Sequence record: NZ_CP040051.1
Direction: 5' to 3' (one strand)
Length of the DNA stretch: 64,000 nt
Source of the DNA: a plasmid
In this document: one piece after another, positions 31,144 to 40,530 of the stretch
Numbering within the stretch: the stretch's first letter is position 1
Layout of the letters: every line of letters begins with the position of its first letter
Program-made: the position numbers and the translations under genes
Notes under the pieces: model-generated
The model's input: only the letters and a program-made list of their open reading frames with translations
Told to the model about the DNA's origin: nothing
The model's database searches: none

Positions 31144-32028
31144 ATGACAATTCAAGATATTCAATCACTTGCTGAAGCACACGGCTTGTTGCTTACGGAC
31201 AAAATGAATTTCAATGAAATGGGCATTGATTTTAAGGTCGTTTTTGCTCTTGATACAAAGGGGCAACAATGGTTGCTGCGTATTCCTCGTCGTGATGGCA
31301 TGAGGGAACAAATCAAGAAAGAAAAACGCATTTTAGAATTGGTAAAAAAACATCTTTCTGTAGAGGTTCCTGATTGGAGAATTTCATCTACAGAATTAGT
31401 GGCTTATCCCATACTTAAAGATAATCCTGTTTTAAATTTGGATGCTGAAACCTATGAAATAATTTGGAATATGGACAAAGATAGCCCGAAATACATAACA
31501 TCTTTGGCAAAAACCTTATTTGAAATCCATAGTATTCCTGAAAAAGAAGTTCGGGAAAATGATTTGAAAATTATGAAACCTTCAGATTTAAGACCTGAAA
31601 TAGCAAACAATTTGCAGTTAGTAAAATCTGAAATTGGTATAAGTGAGCAATTGGAAACCCGCTACAGAAAATGGTTGGATAATGATGTTCTATGGGCAGA
31701 TTTCACCCAATTTATACATGGCGATTTATATGCTGGGCATGTACTAGCTTCAAAGGATGGAGCTGTTTCAGGCGTTATTGATTGGTCAACAGCCCATATA
31801 GATGACCCAGCGATTGATTTTGCTGGGCATGTAACTTTGTTTGGAGAAGAAAGCCTCAAAACTCTAATCATCGAGTATGAAAAACTAGGGGGTAAAGTTT
31901 GGAATAAACTATATGAACAGACTTTAGAAAGAGCAGCGGCCTCTCCTTTGATGTATGGTTTATTTGCCTTAGAAACTCAAAATGAAAGCCTTATCGTTGG
32001 AGCAAAAGCTCAGTTGGGAGTTATATAA
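31144..32028 (+). CDS. mph(E): macrolide 2'-phosphotransferase Mph(E) (294 aa)
   Basis: MTIQDIQSLAEAHGLLLTDKMNFNEMGIDFKVVFALDTKGQQWLLRIPRRDGMREQIKKEKRILEL... is recognised. Confidence 0.95.
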   Translation: MTIQDIQSLAEAHGLLLTDKMNFNEMGIDFKVVFALDTKGQQWLLRIPRRDGMREQIKKEKRILELVKKHLSVEVPDWRISSTELVAYPILKDNPVLNLDAETYEIIWNMDKDSPKYITSLAKTLFEIHSIPEKEVRENDLKIMKPSDLRPEIANNLQLVKSEIGISEQLETRYRKWLDNDVLWADFTQFIHGDLYAGHVLASKDGAVSGVIDWSTAHIDDPAIDFAGHVTLFGEESLKTLIIEYEKLGGKVWNKLYEQTLERAAASPLMYGLFALETQNESLIVGAKAQLGVI

Positions 32029-32139
32029 TTTAAAAATATGATTGCTGAGAACTGCCTTGTTTTGAAACTTGGTTGGCTTTAATTAGTTTTTAGTATTCTT
32101 TATAGAAAATGCCTCGATCAAGGGGCATTTCTAACAATC

Positions 32140-32167
32140 ATTTAACATAAAATTTCTTATACGAAAT
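32140..32167. other. pdif (XerC/XerD-type recombination) site: ATTTAACATAA-AATTTC-TTATACGAAAT
   Basis: Two 11-bp arms matching the reverse complements of the XerD (TTATGTTAAAT) and XerC (ATTTCGTATAA) consensus, separated by a 6-bp spacer. Confidence 0.65.
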
Positions 32168-32206
32168 GCTTGATATTTCTCTTTAAATATCATTATATTA
32201 ACGTAA

Positions 32207-32245
32207 GCCGTTCTGGAGTATAGGGCACCAGAACGGCTTTTTATT
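32207..32245 (+). terminator. rho-independent terminator (10-bp stem gccgttctgg/ccagaacggc plus T-run)
   Basis: Seen directly. Confidence 0.5.
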
Positions 32246-32386
32246 GATTATTCATGTTCCACGATCACTAATTGAGCGATGTTCCACGGTTTTATTCAGT
32301 TTTAATAAACATCATCCGGTTTTTTGAGGAGTCATTATTTCAAGTGCTTGCACTGAAATTGGCTCTTCAAAAAACTGGAGTCTTGG

Positions 32387-32929
32387 CTAACCATATGGAA
32401 GGAAAAAGCGGCTTAGGAAGCCTCTCTTCTTCTGTTCTGGTTCAACATGCTCCGGGATAGGAATACGCTTATTGTCTTGCTGAGGAGTAGTCAATTCGTC
32501 ATAGTTCGTTGCTAGTTCCGACCGAGGATCCGTTGCTATATCCTGTTTAAAGCTCTGATCGGTAAAGGTAGTCATATTGGCTTTTGGTGCTTCTAGTAAG
32601 CGCTGCATAGCTTCAATCTGTTCTTGATAAAACGATTCACGTTCTAAAGATTGATTTTCTCTCTGTATTGCCTGATTTAATTGTTTTTCCAGTATGTCAA
32701 CTTGACGTTTTAGTAAGTCAACTTCTGTCAAGTTTTGACTGTTAATTGATTGACTTTGATTGACTGTATCCTCTTTTTTTTGTGGTTCCCCAAAAACTCT
32801 TAGGGCCTCTGAAAAGTCAATTAATCCATCAGATCCTTTAGATAAATTTCCTTTGTTTATATGTGCATATATGGCTTGTCTTGAATATCCATAAAGCTTA
32901 GCTAACTCTGAAACTGACAGTTTTTTCAT
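32387..32929 (-). CDS. HTH DNA-binding protein (180 aa) adjacent to the rep fragment
   Basis: N-terminal HTH (LSVSELAKLYGYSRQAIYAHINKGNL) and a coiled-coil C-terminus. Confidence 0.55.
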   Translation of the reverse strand: MKKLSVSELAKLYGYSRQAIYAHINKGNLSKGSDGLIDFSEALRVFGEPQKKEDTVNQSQSINSQNLTEVDLLKRQVDILEKQLNQAIQRENQSLERESFYQEQIEAMQRLLEAPKANMTTFTDQSFKQDIATDPRSELATNYDELTTPQQDNKRIPIPEHVEPEQKKRGFLSRFFLPYG

Positions 32930-32995
32930 TATGTAAACCAGTTTTCAACTTGTGTTAATACCTGACTGTTAACTTAACAATTTCAATTAACAATG

Positions 32996-33750
32996 TCATT
33001 GAAATCCTAATTTTCTGAGTAAAGGAAGTAATTCCTTAAATTTCTCTGCATCTTGCAGCATGGCAGCTATACGTACAGCAAACTGCTGATAGCTTTCTGT
33101 GCCTTGTGAATATTTACTCATCTCAGGAAGCTCTGAGAGCTTGTTGGCGAATAGATGGCGTTGTTTATCTGTTATTTTTGAAAAGAGGTCTAATGTATTC
33201 GGATCTCTTTTAGATTCGACTGAATGCGTGGCTGATTTTTTCTGTTTAAAGCTAAATGAAAAACCAGTAATAGATCTACCTGTTTTATGCTGTTCAACTT
33301 TGACAATAATATCGGTATGTTCATTTACTTGTTTTAATGCAATGTCTAAAACATATTTTTTAAAATCATACATTCGTTTGTATTCAGTCTCGAGTACACC
33401 TATTTTTTGTCTAAAATCATACATAGTTATGAGAGGCGTTTTTCCAGTACTACGCCATGCAATCAATATTTCATATAAACGAACAGCATAAGCACTTGTT
33501 AAATTACTTATTTGTTGTATTTCATACTTTGTAAATTGTTCTTCTAACCTAGTAATTAAAGGCACAATAGCAGGGGCAAAAATAAGTCTAACGACAGCTT
33601 CATTATCAATATAAGCCACCTCGCTCACCCATCTTGATTTGTGATTAATAGTGTTACCTTTTTCACTAAGACTCTGATAACTGAATTGTCTTGCAAACAA
33701 GTCATCGCAAGCATCTTTTAACGCCTGATAAGCCGTATTTCGATGTACAC
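32996..33750 (-). pseudogene. repAciN: Rep_3-family replication initiator (RepAciN-like), 5'-truncated by IS26
   Basis: The C-terminal about 250 aa of a Rep_3-type protein. The ORF continues into the IS26 inverted repeat, which fits the known right end of Tn1548. Confidence 0.7.
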
Positions 33751-34569
33751 GGCACTGTTGCAAATAGTCGGTGGTGATAAACTTATCATCCCCTTTTGCT
33801 GATGGAGCTGCACATGAACCCATTCAAAGGCCGGCATTTTCAGCGTGACATCATTCTGTGGGCCGTACGCTGGTACTGCAAATACGGCATCAGTTACCGT
33901 GAGCTGCAGGAGATGCTGGCTGAACGCGGAGTGAATGTCGATCACTCCACGATTTACCGCTGGGTTCAGCGTTATGCGCCTGAAATGGAAAAACGGCTGC
34001 GCTGGTACTGGCGTAACCCTTCCGATCTTTGCCCGTGGCACATGGATGAAACCTACGTGAAGGTCAATGGCCGCTGGGCGTATCTGTACCGGGCCGTCGA
34101 CAGCCGGGGCCGCACTGTCGATTTTTATCTCTCCTCCCGTCGTAACAGCAAAGCTGCATACCGGTTTCTGGGTAAAATCCTCAACAACGTGAAGAAGTGG
34201 CAGATCCCGCGATTCATCAACACGGATAAAGCGCCCGCCTATGGTCGCGCGCTTGCTCTGCTCAAACGCGAAGGCGGTGCCCGTCTGACGTTGAACACCG
34301 ACAGATTAAGTACCGGAACAACGTGATTGAATGCGATCATGGCAAACTGAAACGGATAATCGGCGCCACGCTGGGATTTAAATCCATGAAGACGGCTTAC
34401 GCCACCATCAAAGGTATTGAGGTGATGCGTGCACTACGCAAAGGCCAGGCCTCAGCATTTTATTATGGTGATCCCCTGGGCGAAATGCGCCTGGTAAGCA
34501 GAGTTTTTGAAATGTAAGGCCTTTGAATAAGACAAAAGGCTGCCTCATCGCTAACTTTGCAACAGTGCC
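33751..34569 (+). mobile_element. IS26 copy 2 (819 bp, one base short)
   Basis: Same inverted repeats as copy 1, in direct orientation with copy 1. Confidence 0.95.
33814..34517 (+). pseudogene. tnpA: tnp26 with a single-base loss at a CCGG (GGCCGGTG to GGCGGTG) that frameshifts the transposase
   Basis: ORFs 33796-34326 and 34323-34517 together equal Tnp26, aligned against copy 1. Confidence 0.85.
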
Positions 34570-34615
34570 AATTAGAGCATGTTCTTTTATTTAGAATCAT
34601 GCATTTATTAAAAAA

Positions 34616-34885
34616 TTATTTGCACTCATTAAGAGATTTTAAGAAAAGATTAATTACTTCATCTATAGTGTTAAATTTATGCTCCGATTTGAATTTTTCT
34701 ATTACCACAATTGTTTTTAGTAAAAGATTAATTGCTTCATCATTTGAGCTCAATTTATGCTCTGATTTAAATTTTTCTATTACCTCTAAACTTTCTTTTG
34801 ATAACCAAAGATCCTTACGCGTGAACCCTTTTTTTAACATTTCTTGGCGTTGTTTTGCTTTACGCTCTGCTGCTGTGCTTGCCAT
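34616..34885 (-). CDS. RepB-like ribbon-helix-helix regulatory protein (89 aa) with an internally duplicated C-terminal segment
   Basis: N-terminus AAERKAKQRQEMLKKGFTRKDLWLSKE matches the ERQ.RYRE.LK..G.KR..VWLP pattern of RepB/RHH regulators. Two units of about 70 bp are repeated at the DNA level. Confidence 0.45.
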   Translation of the reverse strand: MASTAAERKAKQRQEMLKKGFTRKDLWLSKESLEVIEKFKSEHKLSSNDEAINLLLKTIVVIEKFKSEHKFNTIDEVINLFLKSLNECK

Positions 34886-34938
34886 AATCTACCTGAAATA
34901 ATGTTAATAACTTTGGCCAAAAGGATGTGGAGTAGCGA

Positions 34939-35295
34939 TCAGAACAATTCAGCTAATGAACGTGCGTGATTTTCATGTGACATTCTATTAGTTGCAATTA
35001 GATCATCAACTTCTTTTTCCGAATTTGCGTAATACTCGCGATAAGACACCACTTTGCCTTTGCAGTATTCCTTCACCTCAGACTCGGTTTTATACAATGT
35101 TACATGCGGTGTCATACCATAACGTTCAAATTGGTCAATACTGTCCCAAAAACCACACACATAAAAAGCGAAAGCGGGAGTGTCATCACCTACATGAATT
35201 CTTTTATTCGTGGTTACTATAGAATTTACATCTGCCTTAACAACTTTTACGCCGTTAGCTTGAACAATATAACTATTACTAACTGAATTTTTCAT
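34939..35295 (-). CDS. hypothetical protein (118 aa)
   Basis: ORF only. Confidence 0.35.
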   Translation of the reverse strand: MKNSVSNSYIVQANGVKVVKADVNSIVTTNKRIHVGDDTPAFAFYVCGFWDSIDQFERYGMTPHVTLYKTESEVKEYCKGKVVSYREYYANSEKEVDDLIATNRMSHENHARSLAELF

Positions 35296-35340
35296 TAATC
35301 TAAGTCTCCTAATGATATTAAGTTTTTATTTATTCCGGAA

Positions 35341-35733
35341 TTAAAATGCCACTTCTTCCCAGTAGATCTCTAACTGGCGAACTGTCTTAACATTTCCAAA
35401 GTCACAACCTTCATGTCCGATAATGACACGAGGCTCAACTTCCTCATCATAGATTTCAATTATGCTTCCCAAAAAAATACCTTTCGGAAGTATGATGTTA
35501 TGTCTCTGAAGCAATGTGGCCAATGTTGAAACAGGCGTCAAATAATTCAAAATTGATTTTTTAGTTTTAATAGTTGTTTGAAAAAGTACCTCATGCTCAA
35601 TTTCTTCAAACAATTCAACGTTCTCAACAGTTAATTTATATGCTTTAACTTCATTCATTTTTAACCTCAGCTCATAGGCATTATTGTACATATTGTTATT
35701 ATAAATTTTATATTGTGACCGCTCACAAAGCAA
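35341..35733 (-). CDS. hypothetical protein (130 aa)
   Basis: ORF only. Confidence 0.35.
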   Translation of the reverse strand: MLCERSQYKIYNNNMYNNAYELRLKMNEVKAYKLTVENVELFEEIEHEVLFQTTIKTKKSILNYLTPVSTLATLLQRHNIILPKGIFLGSIIEIYDEEVEPRVIIGHEGCDFGNVKTVRQLEIYWEEVAF

Positions 35734-35864
35734 GAACTATTTTTAATCAATGTTAAGTATCTAGTCTGCTTTAAGTTGTTTCAAACTAAGAAATCTACTC
35801 CATTTAACATAATTATGAAACTTTATCCTTATCTAGTCCTTACTTATTGTGAAAATTTAACTTT

Positions 35865-36797
35865 TTAGTTCTCACCTTCAGTATTTTTTACGGCTCTTGG
35901 ATGTGTATCCATATAAACATTTGTCATTGAAGTATGGTCCAGATCTGTATAGATCTGAGTAGTATTCAAATTACTATGGCCCAGCATTTCCTGAATTTCA
36001 CGAATACCTACAGAATTATTTATTAGATGAGTTGCAAATGAATGGCGTAACATGTGTGGGTTGGATTGAATTGGATAACCAGCAAGTTTAAAAGCATTTT
36101 TAATTCTTTTATTTATTTGGACTCTTGATAGTTGGGCTCCAGTTGTGGTGACAAAAACATAATTATGTTTTTGATTGGTATCTTTATTCATAATTTCTTC
36201 TCTTAAAGGCAACCATTCTAGATACGCTTCAATAGCTTTTGAACCCAAAGGTATAATACGAGTTTTATTTCCTTTTCCTGTAACTCTTACTTGTTTGCGT
36301 TTTACCTCTACATTTTCTATTTGTAATGAGTGTATTTCTTCAAGTCTTAAACCACATGAGTATGCTATTTCAATTAGTGCTAAGTCTCTTTTAAAAATAA
36401 CTGTGCTTGATGGTCGTTCAAATTCTAAATTCTTATTTGAATCTAATACTTCATTTATTACTGTGACTTCATGAAATTTAGGTAAAACTTTACTACTTTT
36501 TTTAATTTTAATATCTTCTGCTGGATTGAAATTAATTAATTTTTCTTTAGTTAAATATTGGAAAAATGTTCTTATAGCAGAGATATTTTTTTTTAGTGTA
36601 GAAACTCCTACTCCATTTTGAGCTCTATAAGCTATAAATGTTCTAATATCGGATGCTTCGATTTCCTCTAATGCTAAATCGGTATATTCAAAAAATAGAT
36701 TTAAACTATTTTTAAGCGTGTATATTGTTTCATTAGATTTATTTGCTAACAAATATTCATCTAACCATTTTTTTAGAAGTATTTCTCTGTCTAGCAT
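35865..36797 (-). CDS. tyrosine site-specific recombinase (XerC/XerD-like integrase family)
   Basis: C-terminal catalytic motifs HMLRHSFATHL (HxxR) and LGHSNLNTTQIYT (catalytic Tyr). The N-terminal SAM-like core-binding domain is also present. Confidence 0.8.
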   Translation of the reverse strand: MLDREILLKKWLDEYLLANKSNETIYTLKNSLNLFFEYTDLALEEIEASDIRTFIAYRAQNGVGVSTLKKNISAIRTFFQYLTKEKLINFNPAEDIKIKKSSKVLPKFHEVTVINEVLDSNKNLEFERPSSTVIFKRDLALIEIAYSCGLRLEEIHSLQIENVEVKRKQVRVTGKGNKTRIIPLGSKAIEAYLEWLPLREEIMNKDTNQKHNYVFVTTTGAQLSRVQINKRIKNAFKLAGYPIQSNPHMLRHSFATHLINNSVGIREIQEMLGHSNLNTTQIYTDLDHTSMTNVYMDTHPRAVKNTEGEN

Positions 36798-36885
36798 TAA
36801 TAAATCCTATTAACAAACTGTAATGATATTATATACGTTTATACAAAATAAGTGGTAAAATATAGCTATCGCAAGACCTGTCCTT

Positions 36886-37125
36886 ATGGTGGTGCTTATG
36901 AATAGCAAATTTTCTGTTGATCATTCGAACAAGATTTCTCTTAAAGCAGTGCTTGAAGATCTTGGTTATCAAATGTTTGAAGCAAATAAATGTCCTGATA
37001 CTCATCCTGTCTATGATCAGTTGCGTGAGCGTTTACGTAAAGATCGTGAACTTCTAGATGCCTTAGATGCTCAAGATGAGAACGCAAATACTGAAGAACG
37101 TTCTAGGAGTTTGGATATAAATTAA
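36886..37125 (+). CDS. putative epsilon-like antitoxin (79 aa, acidic)
   Basis: Small acidic ORF whose stop is adjacent to the start of the zeta-like gene. Confidence 0.4.
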   Translation: MVVLMNSKFSVDHSNKISLKAVLEDLGYQMFEANKCPDTHPVYDQLRERLRKDRELLDALDAQDENANTEERSRSLDIN

Positions 37126-38628
37126 ATGACACAAAAAAATGAACTAGACACCAAGTATGCAGTGATAGTTGCTGGTGGTAATGGAGCTGGTAAATCCACT
37201 CTGATAGACAATGTGATAATTCCAAAATTTAATAGTTTAAATCTTGATATAAATTTTATTAATGCTGATGTTTGGCAATTACAACACTTTGGTCATTTTG
37301 ATAATACCAATCCTACCCATGCACGCGAAGCTCAGAAATGGGCTGAAGCTGAACGTCAAAAACATTTAGATGAAGGACGTTCTTTTATTGCTGAAACAGT
37401 TTTTTCGCATCCTTCTAAAGTTGATCTCATCAAGGAAGCTAAGAGTAAGGGATTTTACGTAGTCCTGTATCACATCCATTTAGAAAACTCAGATATCGCA
37501 CTTGATCGTATTAAAGATCGAGTTCGTAAAGGTGGTCATGATGTTGATGAGGATAAGGTAAAAGCTAGATATGAGCGTGTACTACCCTTAGTTGCTGAAG
37601 CTACTCAATATGCAGATTTGACTTTTGTACTTGATAACAGCGTGAGAGATAGGCCTCATCAGCAAGTATTTAAATTAGAGTACGGGAAAATTACTGCGAT
37701 TGACAACAATGTTCCGGATTGGGCCATTAAAGCTTATGAGAAGCAGCTCACTGATTATCTTGGATTGGATCAAGCAACCAAAATTTCAAATACTAATGAA
37801 GATTTAACTATGTCAAATACTAAAGAGAAACTTGGATTCGAGTATAACGCTAGACTGCTGGCTAATGATATTCAACCTCAACATCGAGAAACAGTTGTTG
37901 CTAATTATCGAAAGAATTTTGTTGAACATGTAGCGAACTCTGCTGCGGTAGCTGGTAATTCACATAAGCTTGATGATGTAGCATCTTTAATAAATGGCAC
38001 CACTGTAGGTGGACACAGTGTTAAGGACCAGCGACAAGTATTAAATTTAATTGATGCGTCAAATGAACTGGTAAATATGGTTCGTAATGGAAATTTTGCA
38101 TTAAATAAATCTACATATTTAAAAGTCAATGGAATTGTTGCAGATCGTGAATCGATTGAAGCTGGTGTTCTACGTGGCGAAGGAGTTGAACAATCATTTA
38201 CTCCGGATGTAGGAATTAGACACTTTAGAACCCATCGACCGATGAAAACTGAAGAAGATGCTCCAGCGTTAAATAAATTCATGCAAGAAGGGTTTGATCA
38301 TATCAACTCACTCAAGAACCCACTAGAAAAAGGTATTGCTACATTCCTTTATGGAAGCCTCAACCAATTCACATTTGAAGGTGAGAAAAGAACAGCTCAC
38401 CTTATGATGAATGGAGTATTGATGAGTGCTGGTTTAGATGCTATTAGCATACCGGCTGATAAGGCAATTGACTTCCGTCAAAAAATGGTTCGTTTCTATG
38501 AATCAAAAAATGCGGATGAAGTGATGGAGTTTTTAGCTGACTTGCATCCGGCTCTCAATAATACGAAAAAATTAGATGCAGAAAAGGAAAAGAAATCAGA
38601 AAATGACTTTGGCCGCAGCTTTCAGTAA
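37126..38628 (+). CDS. zeta-toxin-family P-loop kinase-like protein with a long C-terminal extension (500 aa)
   Basis: Walker A VIVAGGNGAGKSTL and overall zeta/PezT-like N-terminal organisation (about 220 aa). The C-terminal about 270 aa contains a degenerate Fic/Doc-like stretch FTFEGEKRTAH. Confidence 0.5.
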   Translation: MTQKNELDTKYAVIVAGGNGAGKSTLIDNVIIPKFNSLNLDINFINADVWQLQHFGHFDNTNPTHAREAQKWAEAERQKHLDEGRSFIAETVFSHPSKVDLIKEAKSKGFYVVLYHIHLENSDIALDRIKDRVRKGGHDVDEDKVKARYERVLPLVAEATQYADLTFVLDNSVRDRPHQQVFKLEYGKITAIDNNVPDWAIKAYEKQLTDYLGLDQATKISNTNEDLTMSNTKEKLGFEYNARLLANDIQPQHRETVVANYRKNFVEHVANSAAVAGNSHKLDDVASLINGTTVGGHSVKDQRQVLNLIDASNELVNMVRNGNFALNKSTYLKVNGIVADRESIEAGVLRGEGVEQSFTPDVGIRHFRTHRPMKTEEDAPALNKFMQEGFDHINSLKNPLEKGIATFLYGSLNQFTFEGEKRTAHLMMNGVLMSAGLDAISIPADKAIDFRQKMVRFYESKNADEVMEFLADLHPALNNTKKLDAEKEKKSENDFGRSFQ

Positions 38629-38712
38629 TTTTCGTTTATCCTTTTAATATCAATACGAGAGACACTATAATTATAGTGTCTCTTTTTTAATTTAAAGTAT
38701 TTTGTATTATTT

Positions 38713-39879
38713 ATGGCCAGCCTTAATTCTGAGTTCCAGATCCCTTTAAAAGTGGTTACAACGCGCTTAAATCACATGAAAATTAATTTGCCGCAATTGG
38801 TAAAGAAAATTGAAAAGAGAGCGATTGAAAACTTAAAAAGACGTAAAGATAAGAAAGAACAAATTGATCTACTGATAACTTGGGATGATTGGATTTATGC
38901 CGCGCTAGATGCTGATCATGAACGTATACATGGGAGCGCGGATCCTCACCCACTTCCACCAACATTCAAAAATAATATGGTTAGTGGTGTATATGAAAAA
39001 GCTTTAAAAAATGTCATGGGGCATTTCGGAGTTAAAGCTACTGTTCCAGCATGGGCGGCAAATATAAAGGTTGGTGAGCATATTCCAAAGGAATTGCTTG
39101 ATCGTCTGCCTGTGACCACTGGAGAGCTTGTAACTCTAGGAAATTGGATGCTCACAAAAAATATATACCGGTTCGAAGACATAGTAATTAATGAGTTAAT
39201 TAAGACCGGCTTTAATGGGGTTATACCGAACCATATTTTGAACCTTCCCGATTTGTGTGTATACATTCAGACTGATAATGCTAAGGGTCTTACATTCGAA
39301 AATAGACAGGTTGTGGGTGTTCTATTCTGTGTAACTGAGCTTTGTGGCGACCGCCTTTTAGTTTCAACAATGTACCTTGATGATGGTATGCCACGCACAA
39401 TTGCTATTATGTTGAATGAGGACCAAGATATTGAAGCAAGCCTCACAAATTTTGTGGACCAATTTCAACAAGACTATGATCCAGAAACAATGGCTTCAGA
39501 TCTGAAAGAAAGACTTAAAATACAGAAAAAATTAATCAATCTTGTTTTATGGTTTAGTCAATCAAAACCTGAAGTGACTCCTCTAACTCCAGATGCCACC
39601 AATAAGCCGGTGCAATTTGTTGAGGTAAAGAAGGAAAAACGTTTATTTGAAGCTGGTAAATATAAGACTTTTAAAATTGGATCTGAAACAGCAAGGAAAT
39701 TAACTAAATTATACGAAGAAATTGAAGTGGCCAAAGCTGAAGGAAAAGTGTCTGGTAGAGAGCCACATTTAAGAAAATCACATTGGCACCTTTACTGGTA
39801 TGGTAAGAAAGGTCGTTATGAGCGTTATGATTTTTTATTAATTCCTGTCACAATTGTTGGCGGCGTTTCAAAAGATTAA
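38713..39879 (+). CDS. hypothetical protein (388 aa)
   Basis: ORF only. Confidence 0.4.
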   Translation: MASLNSEFQIPLKVVTTRLNHMKINLPQLVKKIEKRAIENLKRRKDKKEQIDLLITWDDWIYAALDADHERIHGSADPHPLPPTFKNNMVSGVYEKALKNVMGHFGVKATVPAWAANIKVGEHIPKELLDRLPVTTGELVTLGNWMLTKNIYRFEDIVINELIKTGFNGVIPNHILNLPDLCVYIQTDNAKGLTFENRQVVGVLFCVTELCGDRLLVSTMYLDDGMPRTIAIMLNEDQDIEASLTNFVDQFQQDYDPETMASDLKERLKIQKKLINLVLWFSQSKPEVTPLTPDATNKPVQFVEVKKEKRLFEAGKYKTFKIGSETARKLTKLYEEIEVAKAEGKVSGREPHLRKSHWHLYWYGKKGRYERYDFLLIPVTIVGGVSKD

Positions 39880-39899
39880 ACTTTATAAGCAGAGAAAAA

Positions 39900-40481
39900 A
39901 TGTATAATTCTGAATCTAAAATATTGGCTGAATACGAGAAAGCGAAGAAGTGGGATAAATACGAGAAAGTATTTTCTAGACTTGGTGTGCTTTCTTTTTT
40001 CATATTTATGATTATGATCATAATTTCAGCACTTACTTTAAGTTTAAATGATACCTCACCAACAAAAATATTTAATTCATATTGTTGGGCTGCAATATTG
40101 TTTTTTACAATTTTATTCACCTCATTAAGAAATATTGCTGAGCAAATTTCTTTTAAGAAATCTATGGAAATCTTAATAGACTCAAATGATGATGAAGGTG
40201 AAAAAGATCATTTGCCAGTAGTAAGAAGACAGCACACAATTATTTGCATAACCGCTTTTTGTGCATTAATAGTTGCTGATTTTATTATATTCTACTTCGT
40301 TGCTTTTAATCTCACCCTTCCACTAAATATACTGATTAATAAACCCTTATTTATTATTATGCTGGCTTGTTTGATATTTTTTGCACTTAATTATATGATT
40401 TATAAATATAAGTTTAGTAAATTAAACAACGAAGTAACGGTTGCATATGGTAAATACATTGAGAAAAAAAGAAAGAAGTAA
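39900..40481 (+). CDS. integral membrane protein (193 aa, about 4 TM segments)
   Basis: Hydrophobic segments are visible in the translation. Confidence 0.4.
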   Translation: MYNSESKILAEYEKAKKWDKYEKVFSRLGVLSFFIFMIMIIISALTLSLNDTSPTKIFNSYCWAAILFFTILFTSLRNIAEQISFKKSMEILIDSNDDEGEKDHLPVVRRQHTIICITAFCALIVADFIIFYFVAFNLTLPLNILINKPLFIIMLACLIFFALNYMIYKYKFSKLNNEVTVAYGKYIEKKRKK

Positions 40482-40530
40482 TATAAGTAAAGGCTCATTA
40501 AATGAGCCTTTTTTATACCTTAAAATTTAA

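Larger units (their letters stand above)
10720..34569 (+). mobile_element. Tn1548-like IS26-bounded composite resistance transposon (about 23.85 kb) with an inserted ISCR1-blaPER-gst-abct-3'CS duplication
   Basis: Gene order IS26 - delta-intI1 - cassettes - 3'-CS - ISCR1 - ... - armA - IS - msr(E) - mph(E) - orf - delta-repAciN - IS26 follows the known Tn1548 architecture. No 8-bp target duplication is present (GCAAGTAG versus AATTAGAG). Confidence 0.7.

Noticed and set aside
10712-34577. 8-bp target-site duplication flanking the IS26-bounded unit
   Set aside because: The flanks are GCAAGTAG and AATTAGAG, which are not identical, so no duplication is present. This is recorded as a negative observation and used in a finding.
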